Positions 1 to 8,192 of a DNA stretch of 64,000 nucleotides are shown here, piece by piece. The notes beneath the pieces are model-generated. The model made no database searches. It saw nothing but the letters and a program-made list of their open reading frames with translations, and was not told the DNA's origin. The translations under genes and the position numbers were made by a program. The stretch lies in the NCBI GenBank assembly GCA_902628495.1, contig CACONH010000004.1, positions 2,305 to 66,304 on the forward strand, in the 5' to 3' direction. Source of the DNA: an uncultured Pelagibacteraceae bacterium (GTDB lineage Bacteria; Pseudomonadota; Alphaproteobacteria; Pelagibacterales; Pelagibacteraceae). Numbering within the stretch: position 1 is the stretch's first letter; the number at the start of each line of letters is the position of its first letter.

Positions 1-1
1 T

Positions 2-1477
2 ACTGCACAACAGTTTAATGAGTGGAACGATAAACTTCATAAAGATGAGATAATGGTTAGAGAGATTATAGATATTGATACAAATTACATGGAGGATGAA
101 AACTCAACACAAGGGTTAAAAAATAAAAAAAATAAAGACGAATTGCAAACAGATAAAGATGGTTCGAATGAAGAAAAAAAAGATAATAACAATTCTGATG
201 ATGAGGATGAGTTTAATCCAACATTGGCTGCAATGGAAAGTGAAATTAAGCCCAAAGTTCTAGAAACAATTGATAATTTAACAAAAAATTACAGTAAATT
301 AATAAAACATCAAAAAGAAAAGCTCGATAGTATTTTAAATAGCACTAAATATTCGCCAGCTAAAGAAAAAAATTATCAAAAATTAGTTAACGAAATTTTA
401 GAAAGTATAAAATCACTTCAGCTATCTCCTTCTGTTTTAGAAAATTTGGTTCAAAAACATTATATTGAAAATAAAAAAATTATTTCATTAGAAGGAAATT
501 TATTAAGACTCGCAATGAATGATAAAATTTCAAGGGATGAATTTATTAAATTTTATATTGGAAATGAAATTAATCCAAATCTAAGAAACTTTTTAGCATC
601 CAACTCTGTATGGAAAAATTTTTTTAATAAAAATAAGAACGAGTTCAAAAATATAAGGGATAGACTAGTAGAAATCAGCCATAAACTTGGAATAAGTGTT
701 ACAGATTATAAAAAGTTAGTTAGCAGAGTACAAAAAGGAGAGAAAGAATCGCGTATTGCAAAAAAAGAAATGGTTGAAGCAAACCTTAGATTAGTTATAT
801 CAATAGCAAAAAAATATACTAATCGTGGATTACAATTTTTAGATTTAATTCAAGAGGGTAATATTGGTCTAATGAAAGCAGTAGACAAATTTGAGTATAG
901 AAGAGGTTATAAATTTTCTACATATGCAACATGGTGGATAAGACAAGCAATTACAAGATCCATCGCAGACCAGGCCAGAACAATAAGAATTCCTGTTCAC
1001 ATGATAGAAACAATTAACAAAATTGTTAGAACTCAAAGACTAATCCTGAGTGAGTTTGGAAGAGAAGCCACACCGGAGGAACTTGCAAAAAAATTAAGAA
1101 TGCCTTTAGAAAAAGTTAGAAAAGTTTTGAAAATTTCAAAAGAACCTGTCTCTCTTGAAAAACCTGTAGGAGATGAAGAAGATAGTAACTTAGGTGACTT
1201 TATAGAAGATACAAAAGCTTTAGCTCCATTAGAACAAGCAATTAAATCAAATCTTAGCGAAGCTACTACTAAAATTCTTTCAACATTAACACCTAGAGAA
1301 GAACGAGTTTTAAGAATGAGATTTGGCGTAGGTATGAATACAGATCATACTTTAGAGGAGGTTGGTTTACAGTTTTCCGTAACTCGAGAGAGGATTAGAC
1401 AAATTGAAGCAAAAGCTTTAAGAAAACTTAAACACCCTAGTAGGTCAAAACAACTAAAAAGCTTCTTAGAAAGTTAG
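2..1477 (+). CDS. rpoD: RNA polymerase sigma-70 factor RpoD, 5' end cut by the window edge
   Basis: The frame is open from nt 2 with no stop before the listed ATG at 53. Sigma-70 regions 2-4 are readable ([58 protein letters not shown]; [15 protein letters not shown]). The 474+ aa seen is shorter than typical primary sigma factors. Confidence 0.95.
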   Translation, partial: TAQQFNEWNDKLHKDEIMVREIIDIDTNYMEDENSTQGLKNKKNKDELQTDKDGSNEEKKDNNNSDDEDEFNPTLAAMESEIKPKVLETIDNLTKNYSKLIKHQKEKLDSILNSTKYSPAKEKNYQKLVNEILESIKSLQLSPSVLENLVQKHYIENKKIISLEGNLLRLAMNDKISRDEFIKFYIGNEINPNLRNFLASNSVWKNFFNKNKNEFKNIRDRLVEISHKLGISVTDYKKLVSRVQKGEKESRIAKKEMVEANLRLVISIAKKYTNRGLQFLDLIQEGNIGLMKAVDKFEYRRGYKFSTYATWWIRQAITRSIADQARTIRIPVHMIETINKIVRTQRLILSEFGREATPEELAKKLRMPLEKVRKVLKISKEPVSLEKPVGDEEDSNLGDFIEDTKALAPLEQAIKSNLSEATTKILSTLTPREERVLRMRFGVGMNTDHTLEEVGLQFSVTRERIRQIEAKALRKLKHPSRSKQLKSFLES

Positions 1478-1496
1478 GAAATACATTCAATAATAA

Positions 1497-2240
1497 ATGG
1501 ATTTAGTTAGTATAATTATTCCATATTATAAAAAAAAAAAATATATTTCGACTACAATAAATTCGGCTATAAGCCAATCATATAAAAATATTGAAATTAT
1601 AATTGTTTATGATGATGAAAATTATGATGATTTAAAATTGCTAGAAGAAATTAAAAAAAAAGATGAAAGAATAAGGATAATAAAAAATAAAAAAAAAATG
1701 GGAGCTGGTCTTTCAAGAAATATAGGAATATCTAGTTCCACAGGAAATTATATAGCCTTTTTAGATGCTGATGACACTTGGGAAGCTGATAAACTAAGCA
1801 AACAAATGAGTTTTATGACTGATAACAATTATCTAGCATCACACACATCTTATCAAATAGTTGACGAGTATAGAAATATTATAGGAAACAGAGTCGCTCG
1901 AAACTTCCTTAATTTAGAAGATTTATTAAAGTCCTGTGACATAGGTACATCAACAGTAATTATTAAAAAAAATATATTAGACGACCAAATTAAATTCCCA
2001 TCTATTAAAACAAAAGAGGACTTTGTTTTATGGTTGAGAATTTTAGAGAGAGATATAAAAATTTATGGTCTTGATAAAAATTTGAGCAAGTGGACAAAAT
2101 CAAATTCATCTCTATCATCTTCCACTATTCAAAAATTGAAGGATGGATTTAAAGTTTATAATAAATATATGAACTTTAATTTATTAAAATCATTATATTA
2201 CTTAATTTGTTTAAGTTTAAATTTTATTATTAAAAAATAA
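1497..2240 (+). CDS. Family 2 glycosyltransferase
   Basis: N-terminal GT2 pattern: SIIIPYY...TINSAISQSY.NIEIIIVYDD, then AGLSRNIGI..S.G.YIAFLDADDTW (DxD). Confidence 0.85.
   Translation: MDLVSIIIPYYKKKKYISTTINSAISQSYKNIEIIIVYDDENYDDLKLLEEIKKKDERIRIIKNKKKMGAGLSRNIGISSSTGNYIAFLDADDTWEADKLSKQMSFMTDNNYLASHTSYQIVDEYRNIIGNRVARNFLNLEDLLKSCDIGTSTVIIKKNILDDQIKFPSIKTKEDFVLWLRILERDIKIYGLDKNLSKWTKSNSSLSSSTIQKLKDGFKVYNKYMNFNLLKSLYYLICLSLNFIIKK
1530..1541 (+). repeat. A12 homopolymer inside codons 12-15 (KKKK) of the GT2 gene
   Basis: Counted directly: tat aaa aaa aaa aaa tat. Confidence 0.95.
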
Positions 2241-3272
2241 ATGTTGTATTATTTTTTATTATATTTTCTAACAATTATATTTTTTGCATATTATTTTAAG
2301 AAAAAAAATTATTTCTCTAATTACTCTGGTGATAGTCACCAACTTTTTTCAAATGAAAAAAATATTCCTTTGGCTGGTGGAATATTTTTAGTCATACCAA
2401 TCTTATCTATCAATTATAATAATATTTTTTATATTTTAATAATATTATCAATTTTTATGTTGGGATTACTTTCTGATAGAAAAGTTATAGTTTCAGCAAA
2501 GCAAAGATTTTTGTTCCAAATTATACTAATCTTTTTTTCTGTAATTTTTTTAGATTTAAAAATATTATCATCGAGAATACCTTTTTTTGATAATCTATTA
2601 GAATTATTTTATTTTAATATCCTGTTTACATGTTTCTGCTTACTAATACTAATTAATGGATCAAATTTTATCGACGGACTTAATGGATTATTGTTAATTT
2701 ATATAACTACAGTATTATTTGTTTTATTAGATACCAGTTTACTATCAAATACAAATTTAAAATTATTGTTAGAAATCGATGGAACATATATTCTTTTTTT
2801 AGTCATTACTTTAGTTGTAATTATAATTCTAAATCTTATGAACTTACTGATGCTAGGAGATGCTGGAGCTTATGTTCTAAGTTTTTTTGTGGGCTATATT
2901 ATTATACTATGTCATAATTCTAACCCTAATATATCACCTTATTTTTTTATCACTTTATTGTGGTACCCATGTTATGAAAATTTATTTTCTATATTAAGAA
3001 AATTAAAAAATAAATTCTCTCCACTTGTACCAGATAATAACCATTTGCATCAATTAATCTTTAAAAGATTTAGTAAAGTTATAAAAGATAAAGTCATAGC
3101 AAACAATGCATGTAGCATTTTGATTAATATAGTAAATGGTATAATCCTTTTATTAGCCGCGAGATATCCATATGAAAGTATTTATCAAATTAAGATTATC
3201 TTAATTTCGATATTTTTATATACATCAACATTTTTTATATTAAATACAAAAATCAAAACACTAAAGAAGTAA
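2241..3272 (+). CDS. Polyprenyl-phosphate sugar-1-phosphate transferase (Glycos_transf_4, WecA/WbpL/MraY-like)
   Basis: Polytopic membrane protein with the family motifs NGSNFIDGLNGLL and GDAGAYVLSFFVG. The ATG directly abuts the stop of the upstream GT2. Confidence 0.8.
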   Translation: MLYYFLLYFLTIIFFAYYFKKKNYFSNYSGDSHQLFSNEKNIPLAGGIFLVIPILSINYNNIFYILIILSIFMLGLLSDRKVIVSAKQRFLFQIILIFFSVIFLDLKILSSRIPFFDNLLELFYFNILFTCFCLLILINGSNFIDGLNGLLLIYITTVLFVLLDTSLLSNTNLKLLLEIDGTYILFLVITLVVIIILNLMNLLMLGDAGAYVLSFFVGYIIILCHNSNPNISPYFFITLLWYPCYENLFSILRKLKNKFSPLVPDNNHLHQLIFKRFSKVIKDKVIANNACSILINIVNGIILLLAARYPYESIYQIKIILISIFLYTSTFFILNTKIKTLKK

Positions 3273-3339
3273 AATTACTCTTAATCAACCGATTTGCTTA
3301 TAATAAACAAAAAAGTATGGTATCAATAACATTACTGAA

Positions 3340-5025
3340 ATGAAAATCGATATTTTTATTCTTTTTTTTTTTTATTATATTTCTGTTTTCTCAATATTTG
3401 GATACGGTATTTTTTTTCAAAGATTAATTAATATATCTGAAAATAAAAGAATCTGCCTTGGATACTCAGGATTGATTGGTATTTTTATTTTAATTATGTA
3501 CTCTTATATTTCTCATTTGTTTTATCCCCATGGTATATATCATAATTTAATTATTTTGATTTTAGGGTTGTTTTTATTTTATAAAAATATTTTAGAAAAA
3601 AAATTTTACAACACAGACTTTAAAGTTTTAGTAGTAATTTTTTTACTATTATTTGTTTCTTTTTTAATTTTTAAATCTCATGATGATTTTCCTTATTACC
3701 ATTTTCCTTACACATATTATCTAAATCAAAATTCGTTAATATTTGGAGTAGGGCATTTAAATCATGGTTTCAGAACCCCGTCATCACTATTTTATTTTAA
3801 TTCATTATTTTATCTACCAATAATAAAATACTACTTATTTCACATTGGCCCAGCCCTTATTTTTGGTTCAACAATTTTTATTTTTTTTTCAAACATCAAA
3901 GCTTCCATCCAAAAGAAAGACATAAATTATATATATTTTTTTGATCTTCTATCTTTAATTTTTATTTTAGTATTTTTTTACAGATTAGCAGAGCATGGAA
4001 CAGATAGATCAGCACAAATTTTAACTTTTTTAATAATAAGTGAAATTTTTAGAGCTTTTGCAGTAAAAAAAATTTCAGTATATGAAATATCAAAATTATC
4101 CATCATTTTTGCTCTCTCTGTTTCTTTAAAAGCCTTTTATTTATTATATGGATTATTAGTTATTCCCTTAATAATTGTTTTATCAAAAAAAATTGGTTTT
4201 AAAAATTTATTAGAAAAAATATTATCTAATAAAGCTTTTTATTTCTCAATTCTGCTTTTGTGTTTTGTTTTAATTACAAATTTTTTTAATACTGGGTGTT
4301 TAGTTTACCCCATAAAGATCGTTTGTTTCACTGATTTTGAATGGTCTATTCAACTAAAAGAAATCGAAAGAATGGCACTCCACTATGAAAATTGGTCAAA
4401 GGCTGGCATGACACCCAATTTTAAAGTTGATAATCCCAACAATTACGTCAAAAATTTTAATTGGATAAAGCGTTGGTTTGAGACTTATTTTTTTTTCAAA
4501 GTTTCAGACTTCTTGTTAGGGATAATATTTTTGTTATTAATTTTTGGAATAACATTTTTTTCAAAAAGAAAACAAAAAAAAAATTTAAAAAAAGAAATTT
4601 TCTTTGTATACATAATAATGATTATCCTACTAATTGAGTGGTTCATAAAGCATCCAGCTTTAAGATACGGAGGTTATTCATTAATTGCTATAATTCTTTT
4701 TATACCCTTCTCTTTAAAATTTGAAAAATATAAAACAAAACTTTATTCAATAAAAAAAAAAACTTTTATTATAATACTAATTGGAATTACAGTTTTTACT
4801 TTAAGAAATTTTGATAGACTTATTAAAGAGAATAAAAAGTATAACTATAATGTTTTTGTAAATCCATATTACAAAGTTGACGAAGATTATTTTTATTTAG
4901 AAAATAAAATATATGATTTAACAAATAATTATAACTTATGTAAAAAAAACATAACGAAATGTAACCAAGATGGTCCCTTTACATTAAAAAAAATGAATAA
5001 ATATTTATTAATTAAAAGAAGATGA
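3340..5025 (+). CDS. 561-aa polytopic membrane protein of unknown family (candidate glycan polymerase/ligase or GT-C-like enzyme)
   Basis: Long uninterrupted ORF with more than 10 hydrophobic segments. It overlaps the next gene by 4 nt. I recognise no family motif. Confidence 0.6.
   Translation: MKIDIFILFFFYYISVFSIFGYGIFFQRLINISENKRICLGYSGLIGIFILIMYSYISHLFYPHGIYHNLIILILGLFLFYKNILEKKFYNTDFKVLVVIFLLLFVSFLIFKSHDDFPYYHFPYTYYLNQNSLIFGVGHLNHGFRTPSSLFYFNSLFYLPIIKYYLFHIGPALIFGSTIFIFFSNIKASIQKKDINYIYFFDLLSLIFILVFFYRLAEHGTDRSAQILTFLIISEIFRAFAVKKISVYEISKLSIIFALSVSLKAFYLLYGLLVIPLIIVLSKKIGFKNLLEKILSNKAFYFSILLLCFVLITNFFNTGCLVYPIKIVCFTDFEWSIQLKEIERMALHYENWSKAGMTPNFKVDNPNNYVKNFNWIKRWFETYFFFKVSDFLLGIIFLLLIFGITFFSKRKQKKNLKKEIFFVYIIMIILLIEWFIKHPALRYGGYSLIAIILFIPFSLKFEKYKTKLYSIKKKTFIIILIGITVFTLRNFDRLIKENKKYNYNVFVNPYYKVDEDYFYLENKIYDLTNNYNLCKKNITKCNQDGPFTLKKMNKYLLIKRR
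3362..3373 (+). repeat. T12 homopolymer in codons 8-12 (LFFFY) of the 561-aa membrane protein gene
   Basis: Counted directly: ctt ttt ttt ttt tat. Confidence 0.95.
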
Positions 5026-5751
5026 TTAAATTTTTAATATTATTGGTATTAAATTTTTTTGATTTTTTTCATAAAAAAAAAATGCTTGCTTTTCTAAAAA
5101 AAAATAGATTTGATAATTTTAAAATTATGTTTGATGTTGGAGCGCATAAAGGGGAAACTATAGAACTTTTTTTAAAACATTTTAAAATAGAAAAACTTTA
5201 TTCCTTTGAAGCTAGTTATTTGTCTTTTGAAGATTTAAAAAAAATGAGAAATAGAATGTTAATTAAAAAAAACAGTTCTAAAATTATTATTGAAAATATT
5301 GCACTTGGTAAAGAAAACAAAGAAATTAAGATTAAGCATATGAATGAAAGCTCATCTTCAACGATAAAAGATTTAAATATAAATTCTAACTATTTTAAAA
5401 AAAAGAAGAAATTGCTTTTTAATAAAAAAAAACAAAATTTTTTTAATGAAATTACGGCTTGTCAACAAAGTATAGATGATTATATGCAAAAAAAAAAAAT
5501 TTTAAAGATAGACTTTTTGAAAATAGACACAGAAGGGTATGAATTTGAAATATTGTTAGGAGCAAAAAAAAAATATGAAAAACATCAATTTAGTTTTATT
5601 TGAACATCATTACGATGATATGATCAAAAAAAACTATAAATTTAGCGATGTCCATAATTTATTAAATAAAAACAATTTTGAACAAATATACAAAATCAAG
5701 ATGCCTTTTAGAAAAACTTTTGAATACATATATAAGAATAAGACTTATTAA
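5022..5751 (+). pseudogene. FkbM-family (Methyltransf_21) SAM-dependent methyltransferase, reading frame broken at an A10 tract
   Basis: Part 1 (5022..5603) has FDVGAHKGE and IDFLKIDTEGYEFEILLGA. Part 2 is an unlisted +1-frame ORF at 5575..5751 (MKNINLVLFEHHYDDMIKKNYKFSDVHNLLNKNNFEQIY...), which is the expected C-terminal continuation of this fold. Confidence 0.7.
5564..5573 (+). repeat. A10 homopolymer at the frameshift point of the FkbM gene
   Basis: Counted directly: gca aaa aaa aaa tat. A9 or A12 would join the two halves. Confidence 0.95.
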
Positions 5752-5793
5752 TCTTTACATTCTAAAAAATTAATTATATTAAAAAAATTATAA

Positions 5794-6837
5794 GTGAAAA
5801 AAAAAGCTCTTATTTTTGGTATTACTGGTCAAGACGGTTCTTATCTTGCAGAATTTTTATTGAAAAAAAAATATTTAGTGCATGGAGTGAAAAGAAGATC
5901 TTCATCAATTAACACTTTTAGAATAGATCATATTTATGAAGAGCCACATTCGAAATCTAGAAATTTTTTCTTACACTATGGAGATATTACTGATTCAACT
6001 TCGGTATCAAAAATTATTGAGAAAATCAGGCCTGACGAAATATATAACTTAGCCGCGCAATCCCATGTTGCTGTATCATTTGAAGTCCCAGAGTATACGG
6101 CTAATGCTGACGCGCTTGGTGCTTTGAGAATTTTAGAGGCTATAAAATTTCACAGGTTAGAAAAAAAAACAAAATTTTATCAAGCTGGTACCTCAGAAAT
6201 GTATGGAAAAGTTCAAGAGTCCCCACAAAATGAAAAGACTAATTTTTATCCATTAAGCCCATACGGTGTTGCAAAATTATATGCTCATTGGATAACAAAA
6301 AATTATAGAGAGGCTTATAATATTTTTGGATCTAATGGAATATTGTTTAACCATGAGAGCCCAAGAAGAGGAGAAACTTTTGTAACAAAAAAAATAATTA
6401 GAGCTTTAGTTAGAATTAAAATGGGTAAACAAAAAAAACTTTTTTTAGGTAATTTAGACTCTAAAAGAGATTGGGGACACGCAAGAGATTATGTTGAAGC
6501 TATGTGGAAAATATTACAACAAAAAAAACCAGATGATTATGTCATTGCAACAGGTAAACAATTAAGTATTAGACAATTCATTAATTTAGTGACAAAAAAA
6601 TTAAATTTGAAAATCATATGGAGAGGAAAGGGTCTAAAAGAAAAAGGTATTGAGGTTAAAACAAAGAAAGATATCATATCAATTGATAAAAATTATATAA
6701 GACCTTTAGATGTAAACACACTTCTCGGAAATGCCTCTAAGGCTAGAAAAAAACTTTCATGGAAACCTAGAACAAATATAAATCAGCTTATAGAAGAGAT
6801 GATTTCAGAAGAAATTAATATTTTAAATGCTGAGTAA
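5794..6837 (+). CDS. gmd: GDP-mannose 4,6-dehydratase
   Basis: GTG start. [54 protein letters not shown] and [14 protein letters not shown] are all typical Gmd blocks. Confidence 0.95.
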   Translation: MKKKALIFGITGQDGSYLAEFLLKKKYLVHGVKRRSSSINTFRIDHIYEEPHSKSRNFFLHYGDITDSTSVSKIIEKIRPDEIYNLAAQSHVAVSFEVPEYTANADALGALRILEAIKFHRLEKKTKFYQAGTSEMYGKVQESPQNEKTNFYPLSPYGVAKLYAHWITKNYREAYNIFGSNGILFNHESPRRGETFVTKKIIRALVRIKMGKQKKLFLGNLDSKRDWGHARDYVEAMWKILQQKKPDDYVIATGKQLSIRQFINLVTKKLNLKIIWRGKGLKEKGIEVKTKKDIISIDKNYIRPLDVNTLLGNASKARKKLSWKPRTNINQLIEEMISEEINILNAE

Positions 6838-7756
6838 AAAAACAAAAATTTTTCTTGCTGGGCATAAGGGTATGGTAGGCTCCTCTATACTTAAAAAACT
6901 TAAAGAAAATGGATATTCAAATTTACTTTTAGCTGATAAAAAAAAATTAAATTTGTTAGATCAGAGTAAAGTGTATAATTATCTTACGAAAAAAAAACCT
7001 AAACTTGTGATCATCGCAGCTGCAAAAGTCGGTGGGATACTTGCAAACTCAAACTTTAAAGAAAAATTTTTGTATGAAAATTTACAAATCCAAAATAACT
7101 TGATTCACGGATCCTACTTAGCCAAAGTAAAAAATTTAATTTTTTTAGGGTCAAGTTGTATTTATCCAAGAAATTGCAAACAACCGATGAATGAAAAATA
7201 TCTTTTGTCTGGAAAACTTGAAGAGACTAATGATGCTTATGCTATTGCAAAAATTGCTGGTATATATATGTGTGAAAATTATTCTAAAAGTTATAATTTA
7301 AATTACAAATGCTTGATGCCACCAAATATGTATGGCCCAGGTGATAATTACAATTTGCGAAACTCGCACTTTTTTTCAGCTTTATTAAGAAAAATTCATA
7401 TTGCCAAAACAAAAAATAAAAAAAATATTGTTTTGTGGGGCTCTGGAAATGCTAAGAGAGAATTAATGTTTGTTGATGATTTTGCAGACTCAGTAATTTT
7501 TTTTATGGGCAAAAAAATTAAGGAGCCGTTTTTAAATATTGGTACAGGAAAAAGTTACTCAATAAAATGGTTTGCAGAGTTTTTAATGAAAAAAATTGGA
7601 GTAAAATTAAAGATTAAATATGATAGAAGCAAACCAGATGGAATGCCAAAAAAATGTCTAGATACATCATTAGCTAGAAAATATGGCTGGAGATCTAAGG
7701 TTAATTTTGATGAGGGTTTTTACATAACTTATAAAGATTTTCAAAAAAATTGTTAA
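6827..7756 (+). CDS. fcl: GDP-L-fucose synthase (GDP-4-keto-6-deoxymannose 3,5-epimerase/4-reductase)
   Basis: [33 protein letters not shown] and YAIAKIAG. It overlaps gmd by 11 nt, the classic gmd-fcl pair. Confidence 0.92.
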   Translation: MLSKKTKIFLAGHKGMVGSSILKKLKENGYSNLLLADKKKLNLLDQSKVYNYLTKKKPKLVIIAAAKVGGILANSNFKEKFLYENLQIQNNLIHGSYLAKVKNLIFLGSSCIYPRNCKQPMNEKYLLSGKLEETNDAYAIAKIAGIYMCENYSKSYNLNYKCLMPPNMYGPGDNYNLRNSHFFSALLRKIHIAKTKNKKNIVLWGSGNAKRELMFVDDFADSVIFFMGKKIKEPFLNIGTGKSYSIKWFAEFLMKKIGVKLKIKYDRSKPDGMPKKCLDTSLARKYGWRSKVNFDEGFYITYKDFQKNC

Positions 7757-7775
7757 AATCAACTAAAATTAAATA

Positions 7776-7803
7776 TTTACAACCTTTTATAATACAGTAT
7801 AAG
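7776..7803 (+). promoter_or_regulatory. Putative sigma-70-type promoter for the 5S rRNA gene
   Basis: TTTACA (7776..7781), a 16-nt spacer, then TATAAG (7798..7803). The 5S helix I starts 7 nt downstream at 7810. Such matches are common in AT-rich DNA. Confidence 0.3.
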
Positions 7804-7809
7804 ACGCTT

Positions 7810-7925
7810 GCCTGGTGATTATTGCGAAGGTGTAATACCCGATTCCATTCCGAACTCGGTAGTCAAGCCCTTCTGCGCCAATGGTACTTTGTCTTAAGAC
7901 ATGGGAGAGTAGGACGTTGCCAGGC
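7810..7925 (+). rRNA. rrf: 5S ribosomal RNA, not adjacent to any 23S gene in this window
   Basis: GCCUGGUGA...CCGAUUCCAUUCCGAACUCGGUAGUCAAGC...GCGCCAAUGGUACUUUGUC...GGGAGAGUAGGACGUUGCCAGGC. The ends pair to form helix I, and the conserved loop A/C/E blocks are present. Confidence 0.9.
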
Positions 7926-7934
7926 TAAACTATT

Positions 7935-8060
7935 ATGAAAATAAAAAGTTCCCTAAAATCGTTAAAAAAAAGAGATTTGAATTCTAAAATGGTAAAAAGA
8001 AGAGGGAGAGTTTATATAATCAATAAAAAAAATCCGAAATTTAAAGCAAGACAAAAATAA
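7935..8060 (+). CDS. rpmJ: 50S ribosomal protein L36 (long alphaproteobacterial type), not in the supplied ORF track
   Basis: Own translation: [41 protein letters not shown] (41 aa). It matches the Cys-less L36 pattern ...[21 protein letters not shown]. Confidence 0.85.
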   Translation: MKIKSSLKSLKKRDLNSKMVKRRGRVYIINKKNPKFKARQK

Positions 8061-8065
8061 ATTTT

Positions 8066-8176
8066 ATGGATAATGACAGTCATAAAAAAACTTGGGAAAA
8101 TTTCACAAAATTTGTTCTCTGGGGGACAATATCAGTTATTGCTATATTAGTAGTCTTAGCTATTGTTTTGTTATAA
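8066..8176 (+). CDS. 36-aa single-pass membrane protein resembling bacterial aa3-type cytochrome oxidase subunit IV (COX4_pro_2-like), not in the ORF track
   Basis: Own translation: MDNDSHKKTWENFTKFVLWGTISVIAILVVLAIVLL. The H..x..TW/F..F.k...W motif plus a TM helix resembles Paracoccus-type subunit IV. It sits directly upstream of pntAA. Confidence 0.5.
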   Translation: MDNDSHKKTWENFTKFVLWGTISVIAILVVLAIVLL

Positions 8177-8192
8177 ATTCAAAAATAAATTA

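Noticed and set aside
8163-8192. The identical-looking N-terminal extension MFCYKF on two unrelated ORFs (pntAA at 8163 and rpmE at 12856). This hinted at a repeated element or shared leader peptide.
   Set aside because: Both are TTG-initiated read-ins upstream of the obvious ATG starts (8193; 12835). The similarity is an ~18-nt AT-rich string (TTGTTTTGYTATAARTTC) with mismatches. The pntAA copy overlaps the end of the small upstream ORF. Evidence is insufficient for a repeat or motif.
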